From Myxococcota bacterium (GTDB lineage Bacteria; Myxococcota_A; UBA796; GCA-2862545), in the NCBI GenBank assembly GCA_049889515.1, contig JBMHDG010000062.1:188534-252533 (forward strand): a DNA stretch of 64,000 nucleotides, given 5' to 3'. Below the pieces are notes generated by a model. That model made no database searches. It was not told the DNA's origin and saw nothing but the letters and a program-made list of their open reading frames with translations. How positions within the stretch are numbered: the stretch's first letter is position 1; every line of letters starts with the position of its first letter. This document shows, in pieces, positions 38,715 to 46,964 of the stretch. A program made the translations under genes and the position numbers.

Positions 38715-40375
38715 TCGAGAACGATACATTGGCGGTGACCGATCACCGCGAGCGGCTTCACGCAGGATTGGTCCGTGCGGGGGGGCTGCTCACACCGGGC
38801 GAGCGGCACATGGTGGCGAAGGTGCTCGCGCTACCGCAAGACGCGGGAGCATTCTGGGCGCGGCTGACAGCGAGGCGGCGTCATGCATGGCTGCGTACCC
38901 AGCTGGTCGACACGGCGGGAGAGTCCGTCGTCGCGCACCTTGAGGACCAAGGCTTATTGACGCGCGCGGTCCCATGGGCGACACGGTGCGCCTACGCGAG
39001 TCGGGCGGTCCTCGTGGAGGGATGCCGCGCCCTGGGACGACCCACAACAGGGCGCAGAAATGTGCTTCAAGAGCGCCTCGAGGGGTGTGTAGGCTGGAGC
39101 GATCGCGTCTGGCTCGGCCTTCGGCATCGCGGCCTGATGGTGCGGCTGGAGCGCTGGGCGACCCTGCAGCCGTGGCCCGATCGTGGTCGCGAAGTTGCCG
39201 TACGTTTGGGTCACATCACGTTTCCGACCTACACACGGACCACGGGTCGAGCGATCGCGCCCACGCGGGCGGACTGGCAGTTGGCGGAACATGCCATCGA
39301 GGGTTCACACACCCTTGAGGAGGCGCTCGCACTCTTGGAGGCGCCAGTGGCTTGGCCTCCCGGGCGCCTCAATCGCGTAGGCGCGCTTCAGCGCATCGTC
39401 TTGGAAGGCGTTCGTCAGCTCGAACGCCAAGGTGACTACGAAGCGGCGATTCGCACCTACGACACGCTGCTCGCGAAGGAGCTTGTTCCAGCGGGTGAGG
39501 TGCTCTCTCGCCTCGGCATAGCGCTGGATCGTGCCGGTCGTCCTCGAGAGGCCGTAGAGCGGCTGAAGGCGCTGCGGGACACGGTGGAAGGCCCTTTGGT
39601 GTGGGCTGTCGAGCGAACCGGACGGCGGCTGGCACGCAAGTCCGGCGTAGGGTGGGCGCCGCTTCGGCCGCTTCGGCCTCCCAGCACACGTGAGCTGCGT
39701 CTTCAGCCGGGAACCTCAAAGGGGGCACGGCCGACTTGGGCGCAGGCCGGACAAGACCGATTGGTCGAGGATGCCGTGGCTCATGCCATTCGAGCGCATG
39801 GACGCGTCGTGCTTCGAGGTGAGGGACGGGCGTGGCAGACGCTCCTGTCGTTGTTGCTGACCGACGCAAGCTTTTGCCCGGTTCCGGGAGCGCTGCCCGT
39901 GCCGGGACTTCGGGGGCCGCTCGACCGCTGGACGCCCGCCTTCGCAGCGCGACGCGCTCCAGAAATCTTTCGCCTCATGGATGCCATCGGCCAAGGCCAG
40001 GCGCCCGAATGGGTGGCGCGCCTCGACCCTATCTGGCGTGGCATCTCCTTGTCGGGCGCCCGATGGTCACGCCATGGACCGGCAGAGTTGCTGGCGTTGG
40101 CATCGGCGCCTCCTCGTGTCCTACGCGCCGTATTTTCGGACGTTCTTGCGCGGGGCAGGGGTGCCTGGACTGGCTTTCCGGACTTGACCGTTCTGCCGGG
40201 TCAGGCGTGTCGGCTCTCCGGGGCGTTTCCCGCATCGCTGTCCGAGGACCTCATCTTTGTGGAGGTCAAGGGTCCCGGCGATACGCTCCGCGATGCCCAG
40301 CGGGTCTGGATGGACCGACTTCGCGACAGTGGCGCCAAGGTCGAGGTCTGGGACGTTCAGTCCGCGAGCTCCTGA
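38711..40375 (+). CDS. FAN1-like nuclease (helical N-terminal domains + C-terminal VRR-NUC)
   Basis: 554 aa. The C-terminal PD-(D/E)xK core is GFPDLTVL...LIFVEVKGPGDTLRDAQRVWMDRL, typical of VRR-NUC. Size and architecture match bacterial FAN1 homologues. Confidence 0.75.
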   Translation: MIENDTLAVTDHRERLHAGLVRAGGLLTPGERHMVAKVLALPQDAGAFWARLTARRRHAWLRTQLVDTAGESVVAHLEDQGLLTRAVPWATRCAYASRAVLVEGCRALGRPTTGRRNVLQERLEGCVGWSDRVWLGLRHRGLMVRLERWATLQPWPDRGREVAVRLGHITFPTYTRTTGRAIAPTRADWQLAEHAIEGSHTLEEALALLEAPVAWPPGRLNRVGALQRIVLEGVRQLERQGDYEAAIRTYDTLLAKELVPAGEVLSRLGIALDRAGRPREAVERLKALRDTVEGPLVWAVERTGRRLARKSGVGWAPLRPLRPPSTRELRLQPGTSKGARPTWAQAGQDRLVEDAVAHAIRAHGRVVLRGEGRAWQTLLSLLLTDASFCPVPGALPVPGLRGPLDRWTPAFAARRAPEIFRLMDAIGQGQAPEWVARLDPIWRGISLSGARWSRHGPAELLALASAPPRVLRAVFSDVLARGRGAWTGFPDLTVLPGQACRLSGAFPASLSEDLIFVEVKGPGDTLRDAQRVWMDRLRDSGAKVEVWDVQSASS

Positions 40376-41850
40376 CGTCGGGCGTACGCCTTTTGGTAGA
40401 CCTCAAGGTACGGAGCGACGCGATGTGTCCAAGCATTGCCTTCTGCCATGCCTTGGACCTGGACACGCCGAAATGCTTCGGGATGGTGCCGCCATGTATG
40501 AATGGCGTAGAAGAGCGCCTCGCGAAGCGCTGCGCCCGTGGGCTGCTCAAATACCCAGCCCGTGCCAGCATCGCCGTTCGGGTCATGGGGCCGGACGGTG
40601 TCCGTGAGGCCTCCTGTGGCGCGAACCACCGGTGGTGTGCCGTAGGCGAGGGAGTACATTTGATTGAGCCCACACGGCTCGAATAGACTTGGCATCACAA
40701 AGAGGTCAGCGCCGGCCTCGATGAGATGCGCGAGCCGCTCTGAGTAGCCAATCCACGCGCGAATGTGGTTGGGATATGTGCGTTCAAGTCGCCGAAGTTC
40801 GTCTTCGAAGTCGCGATGTGCAGCGGCAGCCGAGCCGAGGACCACGACTTGTGCATTCTGTTCCTCGACCAACCAAGGGATAGATGCGATCAGCGACGAA
40901 ATGCCTTTTTGGGGATCGAGTCGTCCTACGGTTCCCAGAAGTGGGGCTCCGGTGAGCTGCGGTAGGCCAAGCTCCTCTCGAAGTGCCCGCTGACAGACCG
41001 CCTTTCCTGTCAGATCGTCCGCGGTATAGGTGGCGGGAAGGTGAGGGTCGCTTGTGGGATTCCAGACACCGGTATCGATGCCGTTGACGATGCCAAAGAG
41101 GTCATTGGCGCGATGACGAAGCACGGGCTCCAGCCCATGCGCGCCCCCGTCTTGAAGGATCTCCTTGGCGTAGGTGGGGCTCACCGTGGTCAGCATGTCA
41201 GATTGGAGCACGCCTCCCTTGAGAAGGGATCCGTGGCCGTACCACTCAAGGCCCCAGTCACTAAACCAGCGCGGTGGTAGCTCGAGATCCGCAAATTTCT
41301 CTGTGGCGAACCATCCTTGATGCGCGAGGTTGTGGAGGGTGAGGACCGTGGGGGATCGGTCGAACAGTCCAAGCGGCCGATAGATGGCGTTCAGGTAGAC
41401 AGGAACCAGTGAGCCCTGCCAGTCGTGCACGTGAAAGAGTGGCGATTCTCCCAATGGGGCGCCACCCACGGGGAGTATTCGAGCGCCTTCGATCGCGGCC
41501 TTACAGAGGATGGCATACCGAAGATGGTTGTCCCCGTACGGACCGAGGTGATCGCCGTAGAGGCCCTCACGTTCAAACAGGGGATGGTGCGCGAACGCGA
41601 AGGTTGCGCCCTCTACCTCTCGGAGACTCCAGCGGACCTTTTGGGTCTTCCAGCCGACGTCGACGCGGGTCTCCCCGTCAAAGGGGAGCACGGAGCCGTC
41701 GTCAAGCTTTGCCGAGGCGTAGGCTGGGGAGATGCAGAGCACGCGGTGCCCAGAAGATGAGAGCGTCTTGGCGAGCGCGCCGACCACATCTGCAAGGCCC
41801 CCTGTCTTCGAGAAGGGAACCACCTCACTGGCGACGAGGACAATGTCCAT
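40357..41850 (-). CDS. glgA: glycogen synthase (ADP-glucose type)
   Basis: MDIVLVASEVVPFSKTGGLADVVGAL (KTGGL motif) with C-terminal GT-B motifs (FVMPSLFEPCGLNQMYSLAYGTPPVVRATGGLTDTV). The internal ATG 41850 is preferred to the ORF track start 42018. Confidence 0.93.
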   Translation of the reverse strand: MDIVLVASEVVPFSKTGGLADVVGALAKTLSSSGHRVLCISPAYASAKLDDGSVLPFDGETRVDVGWKTQKVRWSLREVEGATFAFAHHPLFEREGLYGDHLGPYGDNHLRYAILCKAAIEGARILPVGGAPLGESPLFHVHDWQGSLVPVYLNAIYRPLGLFDRSPTVLTLHNLAHQGWFATEKFADLELPPRWFSDWGLEWYGHGSLLKGGVLQSDMLTTVSPTYAKEILQDGGAHGLEPVLRHRANDLFGIVNGIDTGVWNPTSDPHLPATYTADDLTGKAVCQRALREELGLPQLTGAPLLGTVGRLDPQKGISSLIASIPWLVEEQNAQVVVLGSAAAAHRDFEDELRRLERTYPNHIRAWIGYSERLAHLIEAGADLFVMPSLFEPCGLNQMYSLAYGTPPVVRATGGLTDTVRPHDPNGDAGTGWVFEQPTGAALREALFYAIHTWRHHPEAFRRVQVQGMAEGNAWTHRVAPYLEVYQKAYARRQELAD

Positions 41851-41900
41851 GGGCTGTCTCCTCGCGCGCCCATAGCGGATTGATGTGTGGCTGTCGCCGC

Positions 41901-42941
41901 CTAGACGAGCGCGGAGGGCAGCAGCGTCGACTCCGGTCGGACCCACGGCATGCTCGGCCACTGGTCGAGGAGCTGGCCGGCCCCGGAAATGGCGACATGG
42001 TCGGGGGACTCTACACACAGCATGGCGAGCCCGGTGGCCTCACCCAGCAGCTCGGGGACGCCGCGGATTCGACTGCAACCACCGACAATGAGTGCGCCCT
42101 GTGCGGCCACATCAGACGCCAGCTCTCCGGGTGCTGTCTCCAAGAGTCTGCGCACGCCGATCGCAATCGCGAGGAGGGGCTCCCGGAGGGCATCTCGAAG
42201 TTCGCTTCCGGGTATCTGTGCGGCACGAGGAAGACCGGAGCGGACACAGCGTCCCGCGATGTGGACCTTCTGGGCATCGAGCGCCATCGCCTTGAGGTCG
42301 CAGGCGGTTGCTGGCCCGATCTGAAGTGCATGGTCGCGCTTGAGTGCACGAACGAGCGCGCCCTCAAGCACTTCACCACCGAGGTCGAGGGTACAGGAGG
42401 CGACCACGCGCCCTTGGGACAGCAGGGAGATTTGGGTGGTACCACCACCGACATCGATGATCAGTCGGCCGGTGGGGTCATGAGGATCGAGGCCCGCCCC
42501 AAGGAGCGCCGCCACCGGTTTGTAGACGGGGGATACCGAGCGCGCGCCTGCGTGGAGCAGGGCTTCGCGCAAGCTCATGTCTGTAGGCCGCGGCGCATCA
42601 GGTTCAACGAGCGACAGGACACGAGGCCGCACCGCGGCGCGTCGGTGATGAACCAGTCGAAACAGGTGGAGCAACAGCGCTCGTGCGACCACGGGGTCCC
42701 CGATATGACCGCCACGGACGGGGCGAATGACATCCATGCCGGCGGGCGTGCGACCGAGAAGTGCGCGCGCATCATGGCCGAGGTGCACGATCTCTCGTCG
42801 TCCAGACCGCCACGTGCGGACCGCGACCACAGTCGGCAGATCGAGCACAAGTCCCTCGCCACGCACCCAGAGGCGGGTGTTGGATGTGCCGAGATCGATA
42901 GCAATGTCTTTGGACATCCATCCGAAGACGAGGTCGAGCAT
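41901..42941 (-). CDS. MreB-like actin-family ATPase, divergent
   Basis: Actin-fold motifs IAIDLGTSNT (phosphate 1), IIDVGGGTTQ (phosphate 2) and LIVGGCSRIRG (adenosine). The protein is collinear with MreB, but many positions conserved in canonical MreB are substituted. Confidence 0.8.
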   Translation of the reverse strand: MLDLVFGWMSKDIAIDLGTSNTRLWVRGEGLVLDLPTVVAVRTWRSGRREIVHLGHDARALLGRTPAGMDVIRPVRGGHIGDPVVARALLLHLFRLVHHRRAAVRPRVLSLVEPDAPRPTDMSLREALLHAGARSVSPVYKPVAALLGAGLDPHDPTGRLIIDVGGGTTQISLLSQGRVVASCTLDLGGEVLEGALVRALKRDHALQIGPATACDLKAMALDAQKVHIAGRCVRSGLPRAAQIPGSELRDALREPLLAIAIGVRRLLETAPGELASDVAAQGALIVGGCSRIRGVPELLGEATGLAMLCVESPDHVAISGAGQLLDQWPSMPWVRPESTLLPSALV

Positions 42942-43046
42942 GAGGGCCGAGGGGAAGCGAGGCGGGAGGTCGGGGAGGGGAAAATGATGTACCCTGCTGG
43001 CGGCTGTACCACCAACCGAAACTCACCCCCTCGCGGCGAGGTCTGG

Positions 43047-43859
43047 ATGAACTGGGAACGCGCAACGAGTCTTCTGACCGGACTGACGCTCTGTGGCCTT
43101 GCATGTACGAAGGTCCCGTACACCGACCGGCTACAAATGACCCTTGTACCAAAGAAAACGATGCATGCCATGGGGGCACAGGCCTATGCGGACACCCTTG
43201 CGACCGCTACGGTCGTGAAGGGCACCGAGGACGCACGACTGGTCAAAGCCGTGGGACGAAGCATCGCGGCGGTGGCGAACGAGCCGGACTTTGCATGGAC
43301 CTTCAATCTCCTGAACGATGATCAGGTCAACGCCTGGTGCCTTCCGGGTGGCTACATCGCGTTTTATTCCGGGATCCTTCCGGCGCTGAAGAACGAGGCG
43401 GGGTTGGCCTTTGTCATGGGGCACGAGGTGGGCCATGCCACCGCTCGGCATGGCGCCGAACGGGTGTCGCAACAGGTCGCGATGCTGGGCGGGCTGACCG
43501 TCTTGGATGCCCTTCTGTCGGGATCGGATCAGGTCTCTGATGAGACGCGTGCACTGACGATGGGGGCGATTGGGCTCGGTGCCGAGGTCGGGGTGCTGCT
43601 TCCGTTCAGCCGTCGGCACGAGGCGGAGGCCGATACGATCGGCCTGTTCTATATGGCCGATGCTGGCTACCCACCGGCCGAGAGCGTTCGGGTCTGGGAA
43701 CGCATGGAAGCCATGGGTGGAGCCAGCGGCCCAGCCTTTCTCTCTACGCATCCCACGAATGATCGACGCATCGACAACCTCAAGGACTGGATGCCCGAGG
43801 CTAAGAAGCGATACAAGCGTAACAAGCGGGACTATGACACAAGGGTGGCGCGCTGGTAG
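43047..43859 (+). CDS. M48-family zinc metallopeptidase lipoprotein
   Basis: MNWERATSLLTGLTLCGLAC lipobox. HEXXH in FVMGHEVGHATARHGAE, with a downstream EAEAD. This is the real 3' part of the artefactual 816-aa ORF 41409..43859. Confidence 0.85.
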   Translation: MNWERATSLLTGLTLCGLACTKVPYTDRLQMTLVPKKTMHAMGAQAYADTLATATVVKGTEDARLVKAVGRSIAAVANEPDFAWTFNLLNDDQVNAWCLPGGYIAFYSGILPALKNEAGLAFVMGHEVGHATARHGAERVSQQVAMLGGLTVLDALLSGSDQVSDETRALTMGAIGLGAEVGVLLPFSRRHEAEADTIGLFYMADAGYPPAESVRVWERMEAMGGASGPAFLSTHPTNDRRIDNLKDWMPEAKKRYKRNKRDYDTRVARW

Positions 43860-43953
43860 ATGAGGGTACGCCGCACGACGACCCCGTGGTGGGTAAATCT
43901 CCGTTGCAGTGACGGTCCACCCGCCATAAACGCCGACGGTATCGGAGGCGTAC

Positions 43954-45438
43954 ATGTCTGTCATGGAGTCCATGCGTTCGGGCACTGACTCAACGTTTAT
44001 GCAAGTCATCCTCATCGCAGTTGTCGTCAGCTTTGTCATGTGGGGCGTCGGCCCGCAGGGTGATCAGGCAGGCACCGTGGTGGAAGTCAACGGTGAGCGC
44101 GTGGCTGACGTAGATTTCAATCGGCAGCTTGCACTTGCACTCCAGAACATGGAGCGTCGCCGCGGCGAGCCTGCATCGAACGATGAGGTGGCCCAGATTC
44201 GAGAAGATCTGCGCCAGCAGACCATTCGTCAGGTGGCTCTTCGTCAGGAAGCCGAGGCCATGGGGCTGGTGGTGTCTGACAAAGAGGTGCTGCGCTCCGT
44301 GATGCAGCAAGACGCGTTTAAAGATGACGAGTCGGGAATGTTCGACGAGCAGCGCTACGAGCGTATTCTTCGTCTTCAAGGGCTCACGGTCTCCAAGTTT
44401 GAAGCCCAGCAGCGCGAGGCGCTCCTGCTCAACAAGCTGGTGACGCTCGTCTCATACGGTGTCAGCGTGAATGGCCCGATGGTCGAGAAGAAGTACCTCG
44501 AAGAGAACACCAAGGTTGTGCTCGACATGGTGCGCATTCGTCCTGGTGCGTTCTCTGCCGCCTACGAACCCACACAAGAAGAAATCGACGCCTTTCTAGC
44601 GGACTCCATGCCTGACGTTCAGGCTCGGTACGATGCCAACTTTGCTGAGCTCTATGAGCTGGGTGAGCGGGTGACGCTGCGCATGTTGAAGCTCCGCGTG
44701 ACCGACGACGGCCTCACGAGCCTCGACCTCGAGAAGCGGATGCTCAAGATCCAGGACGAGCTGGCGGGCGGTGCAAGCTTCGACGAGATGGCGCGCACCT
44801 ATTCGGACGACCGGTCGGCCTCCGAGGGCGGCTTGTTGGCAGAGGTCGAGGTGTCGCGTCTTGATGAGGCGGTGCAGAATGCCATTACCGGTGTAGAGAC
44901 CGGCGAGATGGCCGAGGTTATCGTCCAGACCACAGACCTTCGGCTTTACATGGTGGAGGCTCGCACGCCGGCCGAGACGAAGTCCATCGACGACGTCAAG
45001 GGTGACATCGCACGAGACTTGCTCATCAAGCGCGCTGGCCCCGAGCGGGCAGCATCGTTCGCCGAGAATGACCTGCTCCCTGCGTGGCAGGCATCAGGAG
45101 GTGACGTCGCTCCCGAGGAACTGCTGGTCGCGAACGGGCTCTCGGTGGTCACGACAGACGAGATTGCGCTCACGGGTGCAGGAGGCGGCCTGTTTCCGCC
45201 GCCCGTAGACATGGTCAAGGCTGCAGCCAAGGCTTCGCCGGGAACCCTGCTCGATGAAGTCTTCACGGATGATCAAGGCACACTGTTTGTCGGGCGCCTT
45301 GTGTCGATCACCGAGGCCAATCTCGATGACCTTGAGGGTGAGCGCGAAGAATACACCGAGCGAACCTTGGCGATTGCCCGACGAGACTTCACGAACGCCT
45401 ACTTCGATGATGTGGTGGCACGAGCTACGATTCGTTGA
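43954..45438 (+). CDS. PpiD/SurA-N-like periplasmic chaperone, membrane-anchored
   Basis: N-terminal anchor FMQVILIAVVVSFVMWGV followed by a SurA-N-like helical region. A parvulin signature is not obvious by eye. GGAGG upstream of the start. Confidence 0.7.
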   Translation: MSVMESMRSGTDSTFMQVILIAVVVSFVMWGVGPQGDQAGTVVEVNGERVADVDFNRQLALALQNMERRRGEPASNDEVAQIREDLRQQTIRQVALRQEAEAMGLVVSDKEVLRSVMQQDAFKDDESGMFDEQRYERILRLQGLTVSKFEAQQREALLLNKLVTLVSYGVSVNGPMVEKKYLEENTKVVLDMVRIRPGAFSAAYEPTQEEIDAFLADSMPDVQARYDANFAELYELGERVTLRMLKLRVTDDGLTSLDLEKRMLKIQDELAGGASFDEMARTYSDDRSASEGGLLAEVEVSRLDEAVQNAITGVETGEMAEVIVQTTDLRLYMVEARTPAETKSIDDVKGDIARDLLIKRAGPERAASFAENDLLPAWQASGGDVAPEELLVANGLSVVTTDEIALTGAGGGLFPPPVDMVKAAAKASPGTLLDEVFTDDQGTLFVGRLVSITEANLDDLEGEREEYTERTLAIARRDFTNAYFDDVVARATIR

Positions 45439-45498
45439 GCCTAGGCTGCGCAGCCCTCTCTAGCCATAGCGGTCTCCGCCGCAGCGCGCGGCGAGGTC

Positions 45499-45527
45499 TT
45501 GACGCGTCGACACCAAACCCTTGCAAT
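45499..45527 (+). promoter_or_regulatory. putative sigma-70-type promoter upstream of the alpha/beta-hydrolase-like gene
   Basis: TTGACG (45499-45504), a 17-nt spacer, then TGCAAT (45522-45527). Confidence 0.3.
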
Positions 45528-45546
45528 TGGTTGAGGTGTTGAGTAC

Positions 45547-45567
45547 GATCGGCCTGGGGGGCCGATC
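45547..45567 (+). promoter_or_regulatory. perfect 8-bp stem-loop abutting the start codon
   Basis: GATCGGCC-TGGGG-GGCCGATC is followed directly by ATG 45568. The only purine-rich, SD-like run lies in the loop and 3' arm. Confidence 0.35.
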
Positions 45568-46743
45568 ATGGCACGATTCGACCATCGGGACAGCGCAAGT
45601 GCGCCGGCTGTTCCGTGTGCTCGTGATTCGTGGAACCTCCACCACGCCGAACCATGGTCACGGCAGTTGCGGGACCGCGCAGTGGCCTGGGCGTGGCGTA
45701 TCCTTCACCCTGCGGTGAGGGAGTCCTTCGACCGAGGCGTGACGCTCGCACCCCTGCGCGCATTGGCGTGCCCAGAGGGCTTGCCTCTCCGTGTGCTGGA
45801 AGAGCGGCCCGGATCTTCGGGGGTCCCCGTAGTGTTGGCACCCACCGCGGGTATGGGGTCGGATTGCTTTAGATATGGCGGCAAGGCGGCGCTTGCGGAG
45901 CGCCTTCGACGCCTCGGGTTTCGGGTGTACCTGCTCGGGGACGCGGCAACGTTGGGGGAGGCTGCCGTGACCTTCGACGAGCTCGTTCGCACGCGCGTGC
46001 GCCACGTGCTCGAGACGGTCTGTCATGATGCTGGCGCACAAGCTGCCCATTGGGTGGGACACGGCCTTGGAGGCCAGCTCGGCATTGCGTGGGCCTCATG
46101 GGGGGCCGGAGAGCATCTGGCAAGCCTTGCCGTCGTTGGGGCCCCGGTCGTGTTTCCCTCGGTGAGCTCTCGGCACGCTGCGGCCCTCTCGGCACTTTCA
46201 TGGTTGCCGAGCGGCTGGAGTGTTCCCCTGCCCAAGGTTGGAACGCTCATGGCGGTGCGAGAAGGTGGTGGCCAGACGTCTGGGGAGGGTGCCCACCGTC
46301 GTGGCGTCATGCGCCACACCATGAGTAAGGTGCCTGTGGGGCTCGTTCGCAGTGCGCATCGTTGGCTGCAGAATGGAGCCCTAACCAGTGATGATGGCAT
46401 GCTCGACTACCTACCCGGTGTGGCGGGTACCGACGTGCCACTGTTCTGGGCTGCGGGGCGTGGTGATGTCCTCTGTCCACCAGAGTGGATGCGCCCACTG
46501 GATGAAGTCTGGGGTGGGACCGTGATGTCGCGGGTTCTGGAGTCTGGAGATGATCACCTTGGGCTCCTGTCCTCGGAGGCCTCGATTCGGCAGCTGCACG
46601 AGCCCCTTGGAGACTGGCTGGTGAAGCATGAGGAACGGGCGTGGCTTGACTCACGAGAGTGGGACATTCCCGAAGCGGTAGAGGTCGACACGCGGTGTTC
46701 GCTGGGGTCGACGTTTCGAAGGAGGCTGAATGGCTACGCCTGA
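45568..46743 (+). CDS. alpha/beta-hydrolase-fold protein with Gly in place of the nucleophile Ser
   Basis: The nucleophile-elbow context is VGHGLGG (codon GGC at 46063-46065) where GHSxGG is expected. A distal DH motif (GDDHLGLL) is present. Confidence 0.65.
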   Translation: MARFDHRDSASAPAVPCARDSWNLHHAEPWSRQLRDRAVAWAWRILHPAVRESFDRGVTLAPLRALACPEGLPLRVLEERPGSSGVPVVLAPTAGMGSDCFRYGGKAALAERLRRLGFRVYLLGDAATLGEAAVTFDELVRTRVRHVLETVCHDAGAQAAHWVGHGLGGQLGIAWASWGAGEHLASLAVVGAPVVFPSVSSRHAAALSALSWLPSGWSVPLPKVGTLMAVREGGGQTSGEGAHRRGVMRHTMSKVPVGLVRSAHRWLQNGALTSDDGMLDYLPGVAGTDVPLFWAAGRGDVLCPPEWMRPLDEVWGGTVMSRVLESGDDHLGLLSSEASIRQLHEPLGDWLVKHEERAWLDSREWDIPEAVEVDTRCSLGSTFRRRLNGYA

Positions 46744-46960
46744 AAAGCGACGGCGGATGGTCAAGAACTTCCTCGACCGTCATGGGCGTGATGGGCTCGA
46801 GCGCTTGATTCGCATGCTGCAGGAGGGCGCCTCGGGACAGGCCATCGCTGATGAGTACGCGGTCAGCCGTGAGCGTGTGCGTCAGTGGAAGAATGCCTTT
46901 GGCGAGGTGATCATGATCTACCAGGTGCACGCCGAGGTCCGGGAGTCGCTTCTCCCATGA
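46730..46960 (+). CDS. small helix-turn-helix protein (sigma-70 region-4-like)
   Basis: 76 aa. GQAIADEYAVSRERVRQWKNAF resembles a region 4.2 HTH. A strong SD AAGGAGG lies 4 nt upstream of ATG 46730. Overlaps the hydrolase 3' end by 14 nt. Confidence 0.55.
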   Translation: MATPEKRRRMVKNFLDRHGRDGLERLIRMLQEGASGQAIADEYAVSRERVRQWKNAFGEVIMIYQVHAEVRESLLP

Positions 46961-46964
46961 CGGT

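Noticed and set aside
41851-42018. N-terminal extensions given by the ORF track for glgA (to 42018), PBP1A (to 56400), the GATase1 gene (to 61290), murA (to 11461), rpoD (to 8041), the LpoA-like gene (to 20603) and the second CNNM gene (to 17631)
   Set aside because: The internal starts give canonical N-termini, have SD-like sequences or ATGA coupling, and avoid overlap with neighbouring genes. The extensions have nonsense-like composition.
41409-43046. The 5' two-thirds of the 816-aa plus-strand ORF 41409..43859
   Set aside because: It runs antisense through glgA and the MreB-like gene and has an Arg/Gly/Pro-rich nonsense composition. Only the part from ATG 43047 (lipoprotein signal plus the HEXXH M48 domain) looks real. 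This is a typical high-GC shadow ORF fused in frame to a real gene.
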